Positions 57,041 to 64,000 of a stretch of DNA of 64,000 nucleotides are shown here, piece after piece; within the stretch, counting starts at the first letter, position 1; each line of letters begins with the position of its first letter. The notes below the pieces were generated by a model, which was given only the letters and a program-made list of their open reading frames with translations, did not search any database and was not told where the DNA came from. Origin of the DNA: Eledone cirrhosa (lineage: Eukaryota); the NCBI GenBank assembly GCA_964016885.1, contig OZ024747.1:83948001-84012000 (forward strand), read 5' to 3'. The position numbers were made by a program, and so were the translations under genes.

Positions 57041-57495
57041 TATTATAACTATATATATATATATATATGTATATATAATTAGATAGCTCTGTTCTATACA
57101 TAGAGCACTCTTTTTTTCCTTTGCTTTTTCTTCAGAATTACCTAACACACACACACACACACACACACACATATTGATAGCGTGCCTACACCTTTTCTCA
57201 TCTCTTAATTTTATCTTTTGTTATTCTACTTTGATAAAGGGTTTCAGCCAAAACATCCGATCTCTTCTTCACCTTATAACTGTTTTAAGTTATTTACATT
57301 ATGTAATAAAGGCTGTGACATTGTTTAATCAACCCTGCAAGGATGAAAGGCGGAGTCGACACGGTAGAGTTTGGACTCAGGATGTAGGAAGTAAGTAGCA
57401 CAAGGTATTTTACTTGACGTATTGCCGATCTTGTTATTTACTGCAGCAATTCTACCAATGAATTATGTATGTTGGCACATTCACGTGGAATCTTT

Positions 57496-57558
<63 letters not shown>

Positions 57559-57695
57559 TGTGAATGGCAGAGTGTGTACGTGTGTGTGAGAGAGAAAGAG
57601 AGAGAGTGTGTGGTGTGTGTGTATGTGTGTGTGTGTGTGTGTATGTGTGAAAAGGAGAGAGCGTGTAGTGCGTGTGAGATAGAAAGAGAGAGAGA

Positions 57696-57744
<49 letters not shown>

Positions 57745-58214
57745 AGGGGGGGTAGTGATAAAAAGATGTAGAGGAAGAACCGATCCAGTATTGAACTGGT
57801 ATTTTTTTATCGAAAGTATGAAAAGTAAAGTTGAACTGACCAGGATTTGAACTCAGGGTTCAGAGAACCAGAACAATTACCACAAAGCATTCTATCCGAC
57901 ATTCTAATGACTCAGTGCCTAATGAAAAGTTGTAACCTCGGATTAAATATGTTATTAAATTACAGTATTTAGCTTCGACTCTCAGTGTTTTAGGTTCAAA
58001 TCCCAGCAGAGCAAATTTGGTTTTTCATCCTTCCAGGGTCACTGAAATAAATATACGTTATGTACAAGTTTTCATTCGAATTTCTCTGTCCTATTTCATA
58101 TGAATATGTCACCTTTGTCAATATTTTACATGAAGAAGTCTGTTTATGACCTCGTTGAGATCAACTTGTCTATAAAATGACTACCAGTCAAATACTGAGG
58201 TGGATTGAACGATT

Positions 58215-58474
58215 GTGGGTGTGTGAGTGTGACAGCTCACACCTATGCAGGTTTAACTGGCCTCCTCCAAGGTATATCTCATTGGATGTGTCTTGGGTGA
58301 TTTAATGATAGGGACCCCAGTCCTATCATCTCATTTCTACAGCTGAGTAAACTGGAGCAACGTAAAATAAAGTGTCTTGCTCAAGGAAACAACACATCAC
58401 CCGGTCCGAGAATTCAACTCACAACCTTTCGATTGCAAGCCCAATGCTCTAACCACTAAGCCATGAGCCTTCAC
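58215..58474 (-). mobile_element. CORE-type tRNA SINE (family 2)
   Basis: Close paralog of 21221-21463; 10-bp TSD ttgaacgatt at 58205-58214 and 58475-58484. Confidence 0.9.
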
Positions 58475-58822
58475 TTGAACGATTACACTGCCATATGTCT
58501 AATAAAAGATATTACTAATGATTTTCAAATATATTTAAAAGTAATTAAGAATTTGGAGGGATTTAATAATATAACTAACTTTTTCGTTATTAATTTGGTG
58601 TTGGAGAAATAACTGAAGATTTCTTACATAAAATTATAATAAAAGGTTTTTAGATAATTATAAACATTTTAAAACAGCTTTTCATCATAGAAACAGTTGC
58701 AGTTTCAGGTGGTTTGGTCAATTTAATTGTATGGATTAGTTTAGCTCTTTGCACTCTAAAATAGTCTGAAAATGCAAAATATCAAATTCTATGTGTGTAT
58801 GTATGTGTATGTATACACACAT

Positions 58823-58896
<74 letters not shown>

Positions 58897-58899
<3 letters not shown>

Positions 58900-59055
58900 A
58901 ACGAGTAGGACCCCGACGGCTGAGAATTAGCCGTCGAAACGGCTTGTGCTCAGCCGTTGGGGTCCTACTCGTTCCTATTACCCACTCTACTACCCTAAGT
59001 ATTGAGTACTTTGGTGCGTTATGGTCCACCTGGTTACTTACCACATTTCCTTCGT

Positions 59056-59056
<1 letters not shown>
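58897..59056 (+). mobile_element. Fold-back Penelope-type stub in (TA)n
   Basis: Reverse-complement paralog of 47156-47340 with a different inversion junction. Confidence 0.75.
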
Positions 59057-59087
<31 letters not shown>

Positions 59088-59151
59088 TATTATAAAGTTA
59101 AATTACAGGAGGCCAAATATGTTGAATTTCTTTAATTATTTATTTCTGCAA

Positions 59152-59209
59152 ACACTATGCACATTTCCGTGGCTACGTTGCGTAAGAACCCGGTGACATT
59201 TTCAGGTGT
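59152..59209 (-). ncRNA. Hammerhead fold with G8->A change
   Basis: acac-CTGAAAA-tgt...acg-GAAA-TGTGCA-TA-gtgt. Confidence 0.5.
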
Positions 59210-59505
59210 AAATTGCGTAATATATGTAAACCAACGGAATGATGGTAAACCTTAAGGAAGCAGGCAAAGAAAAAAAGATGAAAAAGTATGTGCTTATGTT
59301 TTTGACCCAGAGACGAACGAAGCAGCATGCTGTTATAATGCCTCGCCGTCTCTGTATATATATATATATATATATATATTAGGGTAAACATTGATGCAAT
59401 TCAATTCAAGCACTCAACGTACTTTTTCCACATAGGAGTGACGGAGTAAATATCGAATAAGTAAAAGCGAAGTAGTTTCAGATGTTCAAGTCCTTTAATA
59501 ATAAT

Positions 59506-59579
59506 GCTGTGATATATATTTCAATGACGACACTGGCCACACTGTTCTGTGTGCGAGTGTCGTGACATCATCAGACAGC
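59506..59579 (-). ncRNA. Type I hammerhead ribozyme (inverted copy)
   Basis: Reverse complement of 60828-60901. Confidence 0.75.
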
Positions 59580-60827
59580 TTGTTACATAATAAGGTTGTT
59601 TCCGAGGCAATCCAAATTGAATCGACATGGGAACGGATGAAGTTCGTGCTTTTGGGTTTTTCATCCATTCCCTTCGCTTTTACTTATTCGATATTTACTC
59701 CGTCACTCCTATGTGGAAAAAGTACGTTGAGTGCTTGAATTGAATTGCATCAATGTTTACCCTAATAATTAAGCTCCGATTAGTTGAGCGCTCTATGATG
59801 TAACCGATATGGTGGAGAAGAGAGGAACCAACCAAGAGCTACCCCGGAAATCCCCTCTACCATGGGGATGAAAAACCCCTGACACTGGACGGGCGTAATA
59901 GTATCTTTCGGCAGGATAAATACGCGGAAACAAATAATAAGATAAACCCCTATTTTCCTGCACCAAATCGCTTCTGAACAGAGGCCCCCTCAATTCAATC
60001 TATACATGGACAGATGGACAATCATATGGATCATTTTACATATATGTACTCTGTGTTTTTGCATTTATTCACTATTGTTTCTTTTCTTTTGTGTACTTTT
60101 TGTCTGTTTTTCTTTGACTCTGTTCCATGTGATGGAAAGTATGACCGTGTAGCGGATTGACTAATGCCTTGAACCATGTGGTTTGCCCTCCGTTATAAGG
60201 TCCGGCACTGCCGTTCAATATCTGTAACACTAGAATCCCTCCCAGAACATATTACTTAAACATCTCTCTCCATATTATTTACTCACTTCAATGTATATCT
60301 TTACTTAATCCGAATTATCACTTGAAAAATTTTTTGAATTTAGAATTTTTGAATTCTTTATTGTTTAATTTATAATCTCTGATATTTGATTTAGGATTTT
60401 AATCTTTAATTTTAATTTTTATTCCCAACTCTCACTCTTAACTTACTATGTAAAACCATAGTACCTAGAATTAAGTTTATTTTACCTTATGAGGTGATGG
60501 TCAGTCTTACTGTCAACGCTTAGTGAAAGGTAGTATTATGACCTATAAAAACTAACACCCTCCCATCCCCTCTGGCTTTCGGCTGACTGCCACAGTAGCG
60601 ATGGTAGCAGTAAGCTTTGGCAAGGCATAGGTGGGCCACTGACAGCGAATTTCGTTGAAATCTGCGGTGCTAATGGTCAACTTCCTTCGGACATGCGCTT
60701 GCGCAGACCGGTGGGGGTGAATTGGTACTCACAAGGGAACGGATGAAAAACCCAAAAGCACGAACTTCATCCGTTCCCATGTCGATTCAATTTGGATTGC
60801 CTCGGAAACAACCTTATTATGTAACAA

Positions 60828-60900
60828 GCTGTCTGATGATGTCACGACACTCGCACACAGAACAGTGTGGCCAGTGTCGTCATTGAAATATATATCACAG

Positions 60901-60901
<1 letters not shown>
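60828..60901 (+). ncRNA. Type I hammerhead ribozyme
   Basis: gctgt-CTGATGA-tgtcacgacact...agtgtcgtcatt-GAAA-TATATA-TC-acagc; perfect 5-bp stem I, palindromic stem III, ATC cleavage after 60896. Confidence 0.78.
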
Positions 60902-60934
<33 letters not shown>

Positions 60935-60962
60935 GTAAAAGTATGTATATATATATACATAA

Positions 60963-61006
<44 letters not shown>

Positions 61007-61112
61007 GTAAAAGTATGTATATATATACATAAATATATATATATATATATATATGTGTGTAAAAGTATGTATATATATATACATAAATATATATGTATAT
61101 ATATATACATAA

Positions 61113-61222
<110 letters not shown>

Positions 61223-61224
61223 TT

Positions 61225-62002
61225 TTCAATACCCGAATTACTTGATCGTTTTTTGGGGCTCTGCGAATGATTGTTTAACCATCGTCTCAGTGTGTTTGGC
61301 CTTTAACGTTTGTTATAGCTCTGGTTCATCTGAATCATTGAGCACTTGCCACACATCTCGGAGGTTGTTTTTCGTTATTTCGTGGGCCGAAATGCGAATC
61401 TCGATAATTTATGTTTGTATTTATCTCCAGACTCTAGCTATTGACCAGTTAATTTTCTTGATTTTTTTAGTTGATTCTATTGACTGATGACTAGCTTATG
61501 TTAATTTTAACCCTTCTGTTGAGAACTCTATTCGATTTGTGATGTTTTTGCATTCTTGCAAAAATATACACAACTGAATTTATTCGCCTGATATAGGGGC
61601 TGCCTCCCTTACCGATCCCCACGTGGAGTCAGCAATAGTCAGTCCTTGTATTAACATTGAACTAAAACCTGTTGAGAAAGTAGCTTCCTTGTTCAATCAT
61701 CTTACCAGAAGCCTGACATTATTTATGTAAGCGGACAGTACTTGATTTAGGAGCCGCAGAAACCCAAATACTGGATTTTACCAACCTTCCAGGGGTCCGG
61801 GTAAATTTTCAATACCCGAATTACTTGATCGTTTTTTTTCTGGCTATGCGAATGATTGTTTAACCATCGTCTCAGTGTGTTTGGCCTTTAACGTTTGTTA
61901 TAGCTCTGGTTCATCTGAATCATTGAGCACTTGCCACACATCTCGGAGGTTGTTTTTCGTTATTTCGTGGGCCGAAATGCGAATCTCGATTATTTATGTT
62001 TG
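61225..62002 (-). mobile_element. Penelope-like 3' fragment with ~195-bp direct repeats
   Basis: 61225-61420 is repeated at 61807-62002; between and into the repeat, remnants STGFSS, SPYIR, VLNRR, KYKHKLSRF resemble the GIY-YIG C-terminus. Confidence 0.55.
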
Positions 62003-62109
62003 TTTATAATATATATATATTATATATACGTATATATATATATATGATATATACGTATATATATATATATATTATATATACGTATATACATATATATATT
62101 ATTTATATG

Positions 62110-62276
<167 letters not shown>

Positions 62277-62520
62277 AAGCTAGAAAACAATCTAGGTGAC
62301 ATGGTGACATGCATGTAAGAAACATACGACATCACCTGCATATTACCGTAACGAATGGTATCACATGGTATCACATGGGTATTTCGGAGTTATTTAGCGT
62401 CAAAGAACAGATGGGAGCTTCATATTTACGGCTTAGCGACAAAACCTTTTCTGCTGCAGTAGTAAAAAAATATTTTGTTATTTCTGTACGATCTACTTAA
62501 TTATAACTAATTTCATATGC

Positions 62521-62616
<96 letters not shown>

Positions 62617-62846
62617 TAAGTGTGGGCTAAGCAGCCGAAATACATGATAAAGTTATATCTGTATACCCACAGAATAAAACAACATTGCGCAGTCTTGGTG
62701 ATTCTATCCTGTATGCATACATATATAAATTTATTATATATGCATCTATATGTGTGCGTGTACATATACATATGTGTGTATGTATGTATGTATGTATGTA
62801 TGTATGTATGTATGTATGTATGTATGTGTTTTTTTTGTTTTTTTTT

Positions 62847-62882
<36 letters not shown>

Positions 62883-63384
62883 TATTTATTTTTTTTTTTT
62901 TTTTTTTTCTCGTGCAATGGCCATACTCGATAACGAGGGGGAAGCCATCATGTATGTATGAACCTATAACTCCTGATGAAATCGTAGGGGCACCGTATTG
63001 ACATACAGCATTTCTTGGGCTTTTTTTAACTCTGGAGAAGCCCAGCTCCTCCTCAGGTCTGAACACAGCTGATTTCTTCCAGAGAAAGAAAGAGAATGAT
63101 AGCGAGAAAGTTAGAATGAGGTATAGAAGAGGATCGACCCAGTACTAGACTGGTACATTTTTTTTTTCGACCTCGAAAAGGTGAAAAGCAAAATTGACCT
63201 CGGCAGGATTTGAAGTCAGCTCGCAGAGAGCCGGAACGAATATTCAAAAGCATTCTATCCGACGTTCTAACGACTCCGGCAGTTCACCGCCCATTACATA
63301 TACTTATACATGCATACATATACAGGTGCGCGTGCATGTACACATACGTAGATAGATATATTTCTTTATTTACCATAAAGGCAT

Positions 63385-63620
63385 TGATACGTAGATAGAT
63401 AGGCAGCCAGACAGACAGATGGATAGATAGGTATACACTGTAGATAGATATGTATGTATGTATGTAGGTAGGTAGGTAGGTAGGTAGGTAGGTAGGTAGG
63501 TAGGTAGGTAGGTAGGTAGGTAGGTAGGTAGGTAGGTAGGTAGGTAGGTGGTAGGTAGGTAGGTGGTAGGTAGGTTGGAAGATAGATAGATAGATATATA
63601 GATAGATAGATAGATAGATA
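63385..63620. repeat. (TAGG)n/(GATA)n tetranucleotide repeats
   Basis: Direct inspection. Confidence 0.95.
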
Positions 63621-63704
63621 GATTGTAAAATCAGCACTACGTATAAAAAAGGTTGATCGAATTTCCATAATTATATATAATATCTCTTCATCCGGATAAA
63701 AATC

Positions 63705-63890
63705 TACAGAGAAATATAAACAGATATATGCAGACATAACAGATATATATATATAAATATAAATACAGAGAAATATCAACAGATATATACAGACATAACA
63801 GATATATATAAATATAAATACAGAGAAATATCAACAGATATATGCAGACATATCAACAGATATATATATATAAATATAAATACAGAAAAA
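63705..63890. repeat. ~60-bp tandem repeat, ~3 copies
   Basis: tacagagaaatat..acagatatat.cagacataacagatatatata..aatataaa. Confidence 0.8.
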
Positions 63891-64000
63891 TATAAAGATT
63901 CCGAGAAAACCGTACCTAATAGCTAAAGAGGATCGGTTCACATATATTTGGGTAATGGGCCACGAAATATAGGTATTTAATGTGGCACTATCTATGGCTT

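Larger units (their letters stand above)
59378..60902 (+). mobile_element. ORF-less hammerhead retroelement (non-autonomous PLE or retrozyme-like) with inverted 5' segment
   Basis: 59378-59472 is the reverse complement of 59671-59765; 59505-59671 is the reverse complement of 60735-60902; both ends abut (TA)n. Confidence 0.75.

Noticed and set aside
60600-60700. Possible HDV-like or twister ribozyme (gggccac...gctaatgg)
   Set aside because: Could not build the P1/P3/P1.1 double pseudoknot or twister pairings; a decayed hammerhead fits better

Overview
AT-rich, microsatellite-saturated eukaryotic DNA. The SINE and microsatellite repertoire suggests a mollusc, most likely an octopus (inference, not a database match). 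I find no intact protein-coding gene; nearly all listed ORFs are translated microsatellites. Three layers are visible. (1) Many tRNA-derived SINEs, MITEs and truncated LINE ends (RTE, CRE, Tx1/L1, Penelope-like). (2) About a dozen type I hammerhead-ribozyme folds in Penelope-type terminal/fold-back stubs, including recurrent non-canonical core variants and a ~1.26 kb ORF-less, circularly permuted, multi-hammerhead element at 59.4-60.9 kb. (3) Heavily decayed minus-strand exons across the window resembling EGF-repeat (MEGF/SCARF-like), F-type-lectin-like, signal-peptide and transmembrane exons, apparently a tandem receptor-gene graveyard. All assignments were made by eye from motif recognition; many boundaries are approximate.
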